Positions 48,859 to 59,259 of a stretch of DNA of 64,000 bases are shown here, in pieces; within the stretch, counting starts at the first letter, position 1; each line of letters starts with the position of its first letter. Origin of the DNA: Patescibacteria group bacterium (GTDB lineage: Bacteria > Patescibacteriota > Patescibacteriia > JACRDY01); contig JBAZBH010000005.1 of NCBI GenBank assembly GCA_041671565.1, forward strand, positions 3,083 to 67,082, in the 5' to 3' direction. The position numbers were made by a program, and so were the translations under genes. The notes under the pieces were generated by a model. It had not been told where the DNA came from and made no database searches. It worked only from the letters and a program-made list of their open reading frames with translations.

Positions 48859-49374
48859 ATGTCAAAGCAAAATATAGACGAGGATAAAAAGCCGGCTGAA
48901 GAAACTGAGGCAAACCAAGAACCGGAGTCAGCCGAAGAAATCGTAGAAAAATCGGTGGAGGATTATGAGGCCAAATGGCTGCGAGCGCTGGCGGACTATC
49001 AAAATCTTAAAAAACAAACGGTTAGCGATCGAGCCGAGTTTATAAAATACGCCAATGCCGGTTTGATTTTGGAGCTGCTACCCATACTCAATAACTTTAA
49101 AGTTGCCGCCGATCATGTCCCGCCGGAGCAACAAGAGGCGGATTGGGTTAAGGGCATATTTCATATTAAAACTCAATTGGCGGATTTATTGAAAAATATG
49201 GGGATAGAACAAATACCAACCGTGGGTGAGAAATTCGATCCGCAATTTCATGAAGCGGTTGGCCAAGAGGCGGTTGAAGGTAAAGCCGAAGGTGAAATCA
49301 TCAAAGAAGTCCGGGCCGGCTATACTCTCCATGGCAAGGTAATCGATCCGGCAAAAGTGATAGTTAATAAATAA
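48859..49374 (+). CDS. grpE: Nucleotide exchange factor GrpE
   Basis: LRALADYQN, FDPQFHEAV, GYTLHGKVI.PAKV. Confidence 0.95.
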   Translation: MSKQNIDEDKKPAEETEANQEPESAEEIVEKSVEDYEAKWLRALADYQNLKKQTVSDRAEFIKYANAGLILELLPILNNFKVAADHVPPEQQEADWVKGIFHIKTQLADLLKNMGIEQIPTVGEKFDPQFHEAVGQEAVEGKAEGEIIKEVRAGYTLHGKVIDPAKVIVNK

Positions 49375-49395
49375 AATAATAAATTATAAAATTTT

Positions 49396-51330
<1,935 letters not shown>

Positions 51331-51377
51331 TTTGTTGGGGCGTCTCGATGCGGTATCGGGGCGCCCTTTAAGGGTTA

Positions 51378-51650
51378 AATTAACTCCCCACACCCCACCC
51401 CCGCCTGCAATGCTACGCATAGCGTTGCGGGCAGGCTGCCCCTCCCCTTGGCAGGGGAGGAGACGAGATAGTTTGTTCTCGGATTAAAGAGTATCTTTAG
51501 GTTAAAGTAAGTAGTTTAGTCAATTCTCAGGTAATAACTACTTTTAGAAATACAAGCTTATTTGAAGAAGAAAACTATAACGAGGAACTAGTTAACTAGT
51601 CTCTCCCCCTGCTAAGGGGGAGGTCAGGAGGGGGTGTGGGGAGTTTAATT
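51378..51650. mobile_element. C-rich/G-rich inverted-repeat element, empty, with a 36-nt palindrome inserted in the left arm
   Basis: AACTCCCCACACCCC...CCTCCCCTTGGCAGGGGAGG / CTCCCCCTGCTAAGGGGGAG...GGGGTGTGGGGAGTT. Confidence 0.7.
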
Positions 51651-51692
51651 TTGTAGGACGAAATTTAATTAATATTATTTGTTAATAAATTT

Positions 51693-51908
51693 ATGTCTAA
51701 TATAGAGGAGGTTAAAATTTTTTTAGAAAGTCACAAAAATAAATATTGCGATGATTGTTTGTCTGATATTCTAAAAATTAAACCACGCCAGCAAATAAAT
51801 CAAATTTGTAATAAGCTAAAAAAACAAGGAATTATTCAGCGAAAATTGGATAAATGTAGCGAGAGAGTGGTTTGCAAAAGAGAATATAAACTAATTAATT
51901 CCATATAA
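51693..51908 (+). CDS. Small Cys-containing HTH-like protein
   Basis: YCDDCLS...PRQQINQICNKL; AT-rich. Confidence 0.65.
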   Translation: MSNIEEVKIFLESHKNKYCDDCLSDILKIKPRQQINQICNKLKKQGIIQRKLDKCSERVVCKREYKLINSI

Positions 51909-51917
51909 AAATTTTCT

Positions 51918-52253
51918 ATGGACAGCCTAAAAAATGAGAAGTTTTCTGAGATAGATAATAAATACAAGGATGATCAACCAGCAGCTGATTTTTTTAAGGC
52001 AAATTGGATTTTTAGTAGGGGCTCTTATTATGCTAAACAAGGTCAGACCCGTGAAGCTATAAATGATTTTGAGGAGGCAATTAAAATAAAAAACGATTTT
52101 TTACCAGCATATTATAGTCTTTCTTTTGCATATATGGAAATAGGAGAAGAGAATAAGGCAGCTAAAATTTTTAGTAAATGTCCCGATGTAATGAAATCGG
52201 GAAGCAATAAAATAATAGCAAGAAGAGAAGATTTTTGGAAACATGTAAAATAA
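51918..52253 (+). CDS. TPR protein
   Basis: RG..Y...G...EAINDFEEAIKI...AYY. Confidence 0.75.
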   Translation: MDSLKNEKFSEIDNKYKDDQPAADFFKANWIFSRGSYYAKQGQTREAINDFEEAIKIKNDFLPAYYSLSFAYMEIGEENKAAKIFSKCPDVMKSGSNKIIARREDFWKHVK

Positions 52254-52266
52254 TAAACTAATTTTT

Positions 52267-52560
52267 ATGACAAACCAACCAAATCAACCCACCGAAATTA
52301 AACTCGCCGACAATATTCCCGGCGCGGAGTACGCTAATTTTATGCAAGTCAGCCACACCAAAGAGGAGTTTCTCTTGATGTTTGCCAATATTGCTGGACT
52401 AAGTGGCCGGGTTATTGGTAAAATCATTACCAGCCCGGGGCACCTGAAGCGAATTATCAAAGCGCTGGAAGAAAATGTTAAGATGTATGAGTCCAAGTTC
52501 GGCGAGATTAAAGAAGCCGAAGCGCCGACGGGCAAAGAGATCGGCTTTTCTGACAAATAA
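52267..52560 (+). CDS. DUF3467 protein
   Basis: YAN...VSHTKEEF.L.F, SPGHLKR, YESKFGEI. Confidence 0.85.
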   Translation: MTNQPNQPTEIKLADNIPGAEYANFMQVSHTKEEFLLMFANIAGLSGRVIGKIITSPGHLKRIIKALEENVKMYESKFGEIKEAEAPTGKEIGFSDK

Positions 52561-52617
52561 GAAGTCGTGCGAAATACCAGTTGCTTTGATATTTTTTTGT
52601 AAACCAATATTAAAATT

Positions 52618-53082
52618 ATGGATGAAATAATTGAAATAGCCATCAATGAGTTAAATAATTATTTAAAAGAATCAAATTGGTATGGCAGAGAAAATGAAGT
52701 GGTAAATCTATTTGCTCATTTATTTTTATCAAAATATGTAGGAAGAAATAATTTTACTTCTATATCACAAATTGGGATTGAGGTTGCCGTAAAGCAGCTA
52801 CCCTCATTAAGTGGGAAAAAACTTGTCAGAAAAGATTTGGTTATCTGGGGGCAAGAACGCCAAACAGTGTGGGATAATAATCACGAATCAGTCAACGATC
52901 CAATAGCGGTTTTAGAATGGAAAGTAAATTCTATATCTAAGTGTGATGGCGACATTGAATGGTTAAAAAAATTTACAAAAAGCTACCCAAAAGTAATAGG
53001 ATATAGTATTTGTGCCTTTATTAATAATAAAAGAGGCGTAAGTTTTAAAAAAATAAAAAATGGCGAAATAGTTACCGGCTAA
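52618..53082 (+). CDS. Putative PD-(D/E)XK nuclease
   Basis: E...KDLVIW...VLEWK; AT-rich. Confidence 0.55.
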   Translation: MDEIIEIAINELNNYLKESNWYGRENEVVNLFAHLFLSKYVGRNNFTSISQIGIEVAVKQLPSLSGKKLVRKDLVIWGQERQTVWDNNHESVNDPIAVLEWKVNSISKCDGDIEWLKKFTKSYPKVIGYSICAFINNKRGVSFKKIKNGEIVTG

Positions 53083-53101
53083 TAAATGTTTAACCAATAA
53101 T

Positions 53102-53536
53102 ATGATAGTTGCTTGCGCTTATTGCGGCAGAGAAATTTATCAAACCGCCGACACTCAAACTGGGGTGTCACATGGCGCTTGTTCGGTTTGTGGCGAGATA
53201 GAAAAGGCTAAGGTTAGTAAGGAAGATATTAAGGGCAGTAATTTTATGTCTATAATTTTAGGTCGCGCCAGAGAATACATTTTTTCTAAAACCAATGAGT
53301 CGGAGAAAGACGGTCTTTTGAAGCTTTATCGAGAAGATATGTCGAGCTTAGTTGAACCTCAAGGCGAGGTGACTTATTTTAGAACGGAGAAAAAAAGATT
53401 GGCTGATGCTCAAGAGGCGCAAAAGACAGCTAACGATATCGTTGCCAGAACCAAGGCGGAAATAGCGAAAGAAAAAGCCGAAGAAACCGCTGAATCGGCG
53501 ACGCCGCCGGTTGATCCGGGCATTAAAATGAAATAA
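53102..53536 (+). CDS. Hypothetical protein with an N-terminal Zn finger
   Basis: CAYC...SHGAC..C. Confidence 0.65.
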   Translation: MIVACAYCGREIYQTADTQTGVSHGACSVCGEIEKAKVSKEDIKGSNFMSIILGRAREYIFSKTNESEKDGLLKLYREDMSSLVEPQGEVTYFRTEKKRLADAQEAQKTANDIVARTKAEIAKEKAEETAESATPPVDPGIKMK

Positions 53537-53538
53537 AC

Positions 53539-54633
53539 ATGGCAAAAGATTATTACGCTACCCTCGGCGTCGGGAAAGGCGCCAGCCAGGACGAGATTAA
53601 GAAGGCCTTCCGCGAGAAGGCCCATCTTTATCATCCGGATAAAAAAGGCGGCGATGAGGCGAAGTTTAAAGAAGCAAGCGAAGCCTACCAGACTCTCAGC
53701 AATCCGGAAAAACGGCAACAGTATGATCGTTTTGGTTCTGATGCCGGTTTTCAGGGTGGCGGCGCCGGTGGGTTCAATTGGCAAGATTTCGCGCGGCAAC
53801 AGGGCGGGTTTTCTTCTGGCGGCGCGGATTTCAACGGCGGTTTCGGCGATATTTTTGGTGATTTGGGCGAGATGTTTGGTTTTGGTGGCGGCCGGTCAGG
53901 CGGCCGGCGCGGGCCGCAGCGCGGCGAAGACATTCAGGCTGAGTTGGCAGTGGATTTTCTAGAAAGTGTTTTTGGCGCCGAGAAAACCGTGGAACTCCAA
54001 AAAACCATTGTCTGCGAGCATTGCCTTGGCAATGGCGCGGAGCCGGGCAGTAAAATCAATACCTGCTCAACTTGCGGCGGCTCGGGTCAGGTGGAGCAAG
54101 TCCAGCGGACGATACTTGGCAATATGCGGGTGGCGTCAGTTTGCCCGACGTGTAATGGCGAAGGCAAGAAAGCGGAAAAGCCCTGCAGTCGTTGCCGCGG
54201 CAAGGGCGTTTATTCCGACCGGCAAGCAATCAAGATTAAAATCCCGGCGGGTATTGCCAACGGCCAGAGCATTCGGCTCAGTGGCCAGGGCGAAGCTGGG
54301 GAGCGCGGCGCCGGCGCGGGCGACTTGTATATCAGTGTTAAAGTTAAAGCCGATCCGCGGTTCAAGCGGCAGGGCGATAATATCCTAACCACGGAGAAAA
54401 TCAGTTTTCGCCAGGCGGCCTTGGGCGACAAGATTGAAGTGGCGACGGTCCACGGTTCAGTGGTTTTGAAAATTCCCGATGGCACCCAGACCGGCAAAGT
54501 TTTCAAACTCAGCGGCAAAGGCGTGCCGCATTTGGGCGGCGGGGGAACGGGCGACCATTTGGTGGAGGTGGTGGTGGTGACACCGACGCGGCTAAGCCGG
54601 AGCCAGAAGAAGTTGATCGAAGGGCTGGAATAA
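53539..54633 (+). CDS. dnaJ: Chaperone DnaJ
   Basis: HPD, G/F region, four CxxCxGxG. Confidence 0.98.
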   Translation: MAKDYYATLGVGKGASQDEIKKAFREKAHLYHPDKKGGDEAKFKEASEAYQTLSNPEKRQQYDRFGSDAGFQGGGAGGFNWQDFARQQGGFSSGGADFNGGFGDIFGDLGEMFGFGGGRSGGRRGPQRGEDIQAELAVDFLESVFGAEKTVELQKTIVCEHCLGNGAEPGSKINTCSTCGGSGQVEQVQRTILGNMRVASVCPTCNGEGKKAEKPCSRCRGKGVYSDRQAIKIKIPAGIANGQSIRLSGQGEAGERGAGAGDLYISVKVKADPRFKRQGDNILTTEKISFRQAALGDKIEVATVHGSVVLKIPDGTQTGKVFKLSGKGVPHLGGGGTGDHLVEVVVVTPTRLSRSQKKLIEGLE

Positions 54634-54637
54634 CAAA

Positions 54638-54784
54638 AGATTTAAGATTTAGGATTTAAGATTTAAGAATGGTCGGTAATCAGAGTTTAGACTAATAAAC
54701 CAAACTGAAAGTTCAAAATCTAAAGAATTAAGGTAATTCAAAACGGAGTTTATTCTTAAATCTTAAATCCTAAATCTTAAATCT
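54638..54784. repeat. AGATTTA heptamer hairpin with a GTTCAAA remnant inside
   Basis: AGATTTAAGATTTAGGATTTAAGATTTAAGAAT ... ATTCTTAAATCTTAAATCCTAAATCTTAAATCT. Confidence 0.9.
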
Positions 54785-54839
54785 CTTCTAATTTTCACCT
54801 CTTTTATTCTTACCCAAATAATGCTAAGATTTCCTCATT

Positions 54840-56486
54840 ATGACCGTCAGCCTTTACCGCCAATATCGGCCGCAAACCTTTGCCGAAGTGGTGGGCCAAA
54901 ACCAAATCAAGGTGACACTGCAGAACGAAATTAAGCAGGGCAAAATCGCCCAGGCTTATTTGTTTTCTGGCCCGCGCGGCATTGGCAAAACCACCACCGC
55001 CCGATTGATGGCCAAAGCAGCCAACTGCGAAAAAAGAAAAGCGGGCGAGTCCGAGCCTTGCAACCATTGTGCCGCTTGCGAGGAGATCACCGGCGGTTCC
55101 AGCCTGGATGTTTTGGAGATTGATGCCGCCTCGCACACCGGCGTTGATAATGTCCGCGCCAATATCATTGAAAGCGCGCGCTTTGCGCCCAGCCGGCTGA
55201 AGAATAAAGTTTATATTATTGACGAAGTCCACATGCTTTCGACCGCGGCGTTTAACGCGCTCCTAAAAACTTTGGAAGAGCCACCGGCGAATGTGATTTT
55301 TATCCTTTGCACCACTGAGAGCCATAAACTTCCGCTGACGATTATTTCCCGTTGCCAGCGGTTTGATTTTCGCCGGGTGGCGTTTGGCGAAGTGGTGGAC
55401 CATTTGGCTTTCATCTGCCGCGAGGAAGGCGTCAGTTGCGACAAAGAAGTTTTGCAGAATATCGCCCGGCATTCTGAAGGTTATTTGCGCGACGCCGTGG
55501 GCCTTTGCGGCCAGTTGCTGTCGCTCGGTGAGAAGAAAATCACCTGGGAACAGGCGCAACTAGTGATGCCGCGGTCGAATTTTCTCTTAGTGGCGGAATT
55601 TTTGGAATATCTGGTTAACCGCGACACCGAGAAAGCTTTGCGCCTGGTTAACCGTTTGGTTGATGAAGGCGTTAACCTGAGCCAGTTTGTTCTGGACACG
55701 GTGGAGTTTTTACGGAAGCTTCTTTTAACCAAGGTTTCCGGCCGGCTGGACGAGTTCACTTTAGAATTAGATGAGGCGGGTGGCAAGAAATTAACCGCGA
55801 TTTTAGGGAGCCTGAGTTTAAGTGAGATCGCGTCTTGGGCTAATATCTTTATTAGCAAGAATCAGGCAATCAAACAGAGCGCCATTCCGCAGTTGCCGCT
55901 GGAATTGGCGGTGGTGGAGATTTGCGGAGAAACGGAAAATACAGAATCAAGAATCATGAAGCACCCCAGCATACGCGGGGCAAGCGAATCAAGAGTAGAA
56001 AGCCAGAAGGCAGAAATCAGAAAAGAGAAATTAGAAATAGGAAATACGAAACCTAGTACGCCGTCATCAGTAGTTAGTAATCAGCCAAAAATAGAAGTTC
56101 AGCCAACACCCAGTAAAAAAGGCGGCAAAGGCGCGGTCAAACTGGAAGAAGTGGAGGCTAAATGGGGTGAGTTTATCGCCAGCTTGAATGACAGCAACCA
56201 TTCTTTGTCGATGACGCTTCATGTTGGCCGGCCGCTAGCGGTGGACGGCGACACCGTGCGAGTGGGCTTTAAATACAAATTTCACAAGGAAATGATGGCT
56301 GAAAGCAAGAATCGGTTGACATTGTCCGAGGGTTTAAGTAAGATAATGGGCGTTAAACTCCTAGTTGAGCCGATAGTTGCTGAAAACTTAGTTTTCGATT
56401 CCAGTTCTAAGCCCAGCCCGGAAGCGCCGAGTGGCACGGGCGTCGCCGATGTGGCGAAAATGTTTGGGGGAAAAGTGATGGGGTAA
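54840..56486 (+). CDS. dnaX: DNA polymerase III gamma/tau
   Basis: LYRQYRPQTF, GPRGIGKTT, DEVHML, SRCQ. Confidence 0.97.
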   Translation: MTVSLYRQYRPQTFAEVVGQNQIKVTLQNEIKQGKIAQAYLFSGPRGIGKTTTARLMAKAANCEKRKAGESEPCNHCAACEEITGGSSLDVLEIDAASHTGVDNVRANIIESARFAPSRLKNKVYIIDEVHMLSTAAFNALLKTLEEPPANVIFILCTTESHKLPLTIISRCQRFDFRRVAFGEVVDHLAFICREEGVSCDKEVLQNIARHSEGYLRDAVGLCGQLLSLGEKKITWEQAQLVMPRSNFLLVAEFLEYLVNRDTEKALRLVNRLVDEGVNLSQFVLDTVEFLRKLLLTKVSGRLDEFTLELDEAGGKKLTAILGSLSLSEIASWANIFISKNQAIKQSAIPQLPLELAVVEICGETENTESRIMKHPSIRGASESRVESQKAEIRKEKLEIGNTKPSTPSSVVSNQPKIEVQPTPSKKGGKGAVKLEEVEAKWGEFIASLNDSNHSLSMTLHVGRPLAVDGDTVRVGFKYKFHKEMMAESKNRLTLSEGLSKIMGVKLLVEPIVAENLVFDSSSKPSPEAPSGTGVADVAKMFGGKVMG

Positions 56487-56490
56487 AAAA

Positions 56491-56631
56491 TAATTTTTAA
56501 TTTTTAATTTAAAATTTCTAATCAATTTATAATTCTTAATTTTTAATTACCACGAACTTGGCTTTAGGTTTAAAAATTATAAATTAAACATTAGAAATTC
56601 ATTAAAAATTAAGAATTTTAAATTAAAAATT
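56491..56631. repeat. AT-rich heptamer hairpin, sibling of 33549-33689
   Basis: Shares AATTTTTAATTTAAAATTTCTAAT and AATTCATTAAAAATT. Confidence 0.85.
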
Positions 56632-56640
56632 GTTGTTTAT

Positions 56641-56711
56641 TGGGAGATCGTCTAATGGTAGGACAACGGATTCTGGCTCCGTTTATCCAGGTTCGAATCC
56701 TGGTCTCCCAG
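56641..56711 (+). tRNA. tRNA-Gln(CTG), no encoded CCA
   Basis: ACGGA-TTCTGGC-TCCGT; GGTTCGAATCC. Confidence 0.95.
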
Positions 56712-56723
56712 TTTTAAAAATTG

Positions 56724-56803
56724 AGGTTCGCCCGCTCGTCGCGAAGCGCGAGCGGGTCCGCTCACGGCTTTGCCGATGAGCGGAAATCCTGGTCTCCCAG
56801 CCA
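56724..56803 (+). repeat. Duplicated tRNA-Gln 3' end (att-like) interrupted by two palindromes
   Basis: AGGTTCG[54 nt]AATCCTGGTCTCCCAG-CCA equals 56689-56711 once the insert is removed. Confidence 0.9.
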
Positions 56804-56955
56804 AGAAATCAGTTTAAACAGCTGATTTTTTGTTAATAAAAAACAAGGCCGGGCGGCGACAGTTTGGTTAACGGCTGAGGCAAATGGTTGGCTGGTTCTA
56901 GGGCGGTTTTTATGATAGAATAAAAACGCTTGCCAAATAGTTAAATCTGGAATTT

Positions 56956-57873
56956 ATGGCTTATCAAGAAATCAAAGGTAAAAAAAACAGCTGGATCCAC
57001 TTTGACCGGGTGGATGAAGCGGCGGGCGAGTATTTGCGGACCAGCCAGAAGTTCCACCCTTTGGATATTGAAGATGTGACCAGCGACCGGCAACGGTCTA
57101 AAATTGACACTTATAAGCATTATTTTTTTCTGATCGTGGTTTTGCCTTATTATGACGAGGTGGAAAAGAAACTGCGCGGCCGCGAGGTGGATATTTTTGT
57201 CACCCAAAATTCACTGATTACTATTGCCAAAAAGCCCTTTCCTTTTCTAGACGAGATTTTTAGAAAAGTTGAGCGGAGTAATAAACTCCAAAAAATGTGG
57301 CTGGATAAAGGCGTGACTTTTTTGCTTTACAAAATTTTGGCTAGTTTATTTCGCGATTCCACCAAGGCCTTGGATTATATCGGCCGCGAAGTCAGCGCCG
57401 TGGAGGATGATGTTTATGATAATGAATTAAAAAGCGTGGCGCATGACTTGGCTTTCATCCGGCGGGGAGTGTTGGCTGCGCGGCGGATGTTGGACCCGCA
57501 ACGGTCCACCATTAATGTTTTGGTTAATCTCCGCCGTGAATTTATTCCCGAGGAAATGTCGATTTATTTTGATGATATTCACGATCATGTCGAGAAAATG
57601 TGGGTGGAAGTAGAAAATTATCGCGAAACCGTTGACGGCCTGCATCTGACCAATGAGTCGCTGATTTCTCAGCACACCAATCGGATTATTAAGATTCTGA
57701 CCGTAATTTCGGTGAGTTTAATGCCGTTGACCTTACTTTCTGGCATTTACGGCATGAATTTAGTTCGCTTGCCATACGCCGATCGGCCACCGGTGGTCTG
57801 GGGAATGTTTATTTCGGCGGCTTTGTTTATTTCCGGGGCAATAACTTTGGTTTATCGCAAAGGCAAATTTTAG
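56956..57873 (+). CDS. corA: CorA-family Mg2+ transporter
   Basis: HPLDIED, GIYGMN. Confidence 0.92.
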   Translation: MAYQEIKGKKNSWIHFDRVDEAAGEYLRTSQKFHPLDIEDVTSDRQRSKIDTYKHYFFLIVVLPYYDEVEKKLRGREVDIFVTQNSLITIAKKPFPFLDEIFRKVERSNKLQKMWLDKGVTFLLYKILASLFRDSTKALDYIGREVSAVEDDVYDNELKSVAHDLAFIRRGVLAARRMLDPQRSTINVLVNLRREFIPEEMSIYFDDIHDHVEKMWVEVENYRETVDGLHLTNESLISQHTNRIIKILTVISVSLMPLTLLSGIYGMNLVRLPYADRPPVVWGMFISAALFISGAITLVYRKGKF

Positions 57874-57883
57874 CCTACGGCTC

Positions 57884-58034
57884 CTACGAATAACGGGAGC
57901 CCCTACGAATTACCCGCCTACGCTGAAGCTTCGGCGAGGCAGGCGAATCAGCGCGAATGTACGAATCTGACTACCACGGCGATTCGTAATTCGTACATTC
58001 GCGCTAATTCGTAATTCGTAGGGATATCGTGATT
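57884..58034. repeat. TACGAAT-family hairpin with a 31-nt insertion at 57914-57944
   Basis: The right arm ATTCGTACATTCGCGCTAATTCGTAATTCGTAGGGG lacks the insert. Confidence 0.9.
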
Positions 58035-58075
58035 CTTAGGCGATATAAGGTGATTAGTATAATTAGCAATATTAT

Positions 58076-59053
58076 ATGTTTAAGAAAAAATACGACTTTG
58101 TGGCAGTCGGCGGGGCGACCCGTGATTTTATGTTTTATGATTCGGTGGGCGCGTTTTGCCGGACGCCAGAGGATTTAACACGCCAAAAAAACTTGTGCTT
58201 TGAATACGGCGCTAAAATTGAAGTAGAGAAAACTTATCTGACATTTGGCGGCGGCGCGGCCAACGCGGCGGTGAACTTTGCTAATCTCGGTTTCAAGGCG
58301 GCGGTTTTGGTTGCCGCGGGCGATGACGAAAACGGCTTAGCTATTATTAACAATTTTAAAAAGCGCGGCGTGGATACCCGCTTGATTGAGACTAAATCCC
58401 GGCAATTGACCGGTTTTTCTTTTATTCTCACCGCCGGACAAGAGAAAGAGCATGTGGCTTTTCTCCACCGTGGAGCCAATAACCAGCTAGCGGCGGCGGA
58501 AAAAACTTTCAAACAGCTTAAAACCAAATGGTGGTATGTGGCTTCGCTTTCTGGCGCTAATTGGCCAGCGATTCTTGACCGAGTTTTTACCGCTGGCGGC
58601 TCAGTCGCTTGGAATCCGGGCGGCCGGCAACTCCACGCCGGTTACGGCAAACTGAAAAAGTATTTAGAAAAGACGGAGATTTTAGCATTAAATAAAGACG
58701 AGGCGATTGAATTAGTGCTAAGTTTGCCGGGCAAAGACGCCAGCCAGATTAATAATACTAAGTATTTACTGAAAACTTTGAAAGCTGTTGGTCCCAAAAC
58801 CGTCTTGATTACTTCCGGCCGCGCCGGGGCGGACGCGTTTGATGGGAAAAAATATTGCCATCAGCGGGCGACCAGCGACCCGAAAAAAGTGGTGGACACG
58901 ACCGGGGTGGGTGACTGTTTTGATTCAACTTTTGTTGCCGCTTTAATGAAATACCCGGGCGACATCAAGAAAGCCTTGGCGCTGGCGGTAAAAAACGCTT
59001 CATCACTTACAACTAAGGTGGGGGCGCAGAATGGGATGATAAAGGTGATTTAA
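58076..59053 (+). CDS. PfkB-family carbohydrate kinase
   Basis: GGGAANAA, NKDEA, DTTGVGD. Confidence 0.92.
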   Translation: MFKKKYDFVAVGGATRDFMFYDSVGAFCRTPEDLTRQKNLCFEYGAKIEVEKTYLTFGGGAANAAVNFANLGFKAAVLVAAGDDENGLAIINNFKKRGVDTRLIETKSRQLTGFSFILTAGQEKEHVAFLHRGANNQLAAAEKTFKQLKTKWWYVASLSGANWPAILDRVFTAGGSVAWNPGGRQLHAGYGKLKKYLEKTEILALNKDEAIELVLSLPGKDASQINNTKYLLKTLKAVGPKTVLITSGRAGADAFDGKKYCHQRATSDPKKVVDTTGVGDCFDSTFVAALMKYPGDIKKALALAVKNASSLTTKVGAQNGMIKVI

Positions 59054-59228
59054 GAATTAGGATTTAAGATTTAAGAATGTCAATTACCGGCGTCTAAGCC
59101 TCTGAACCTAATTAAAATGTCCAATATCCAAATCCCAATGTCCAATCAATGTCCAATGACCAAAGGTGGTAATTGGGTATTGGTTATTGGGATTTGATTG
59201 GTCATTGGAGCTTGGGCATTGGGCATTT
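59051..59228. repeat. AGATTTA arm followed by a CCAATGT hairpin
   Basis: 59116-59169 is identical to 17216-17269. Confidence 0.9.
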
Positions 59229-59259
59229 TATAGGTAATTATAAAATTGTAATTAAGTTT

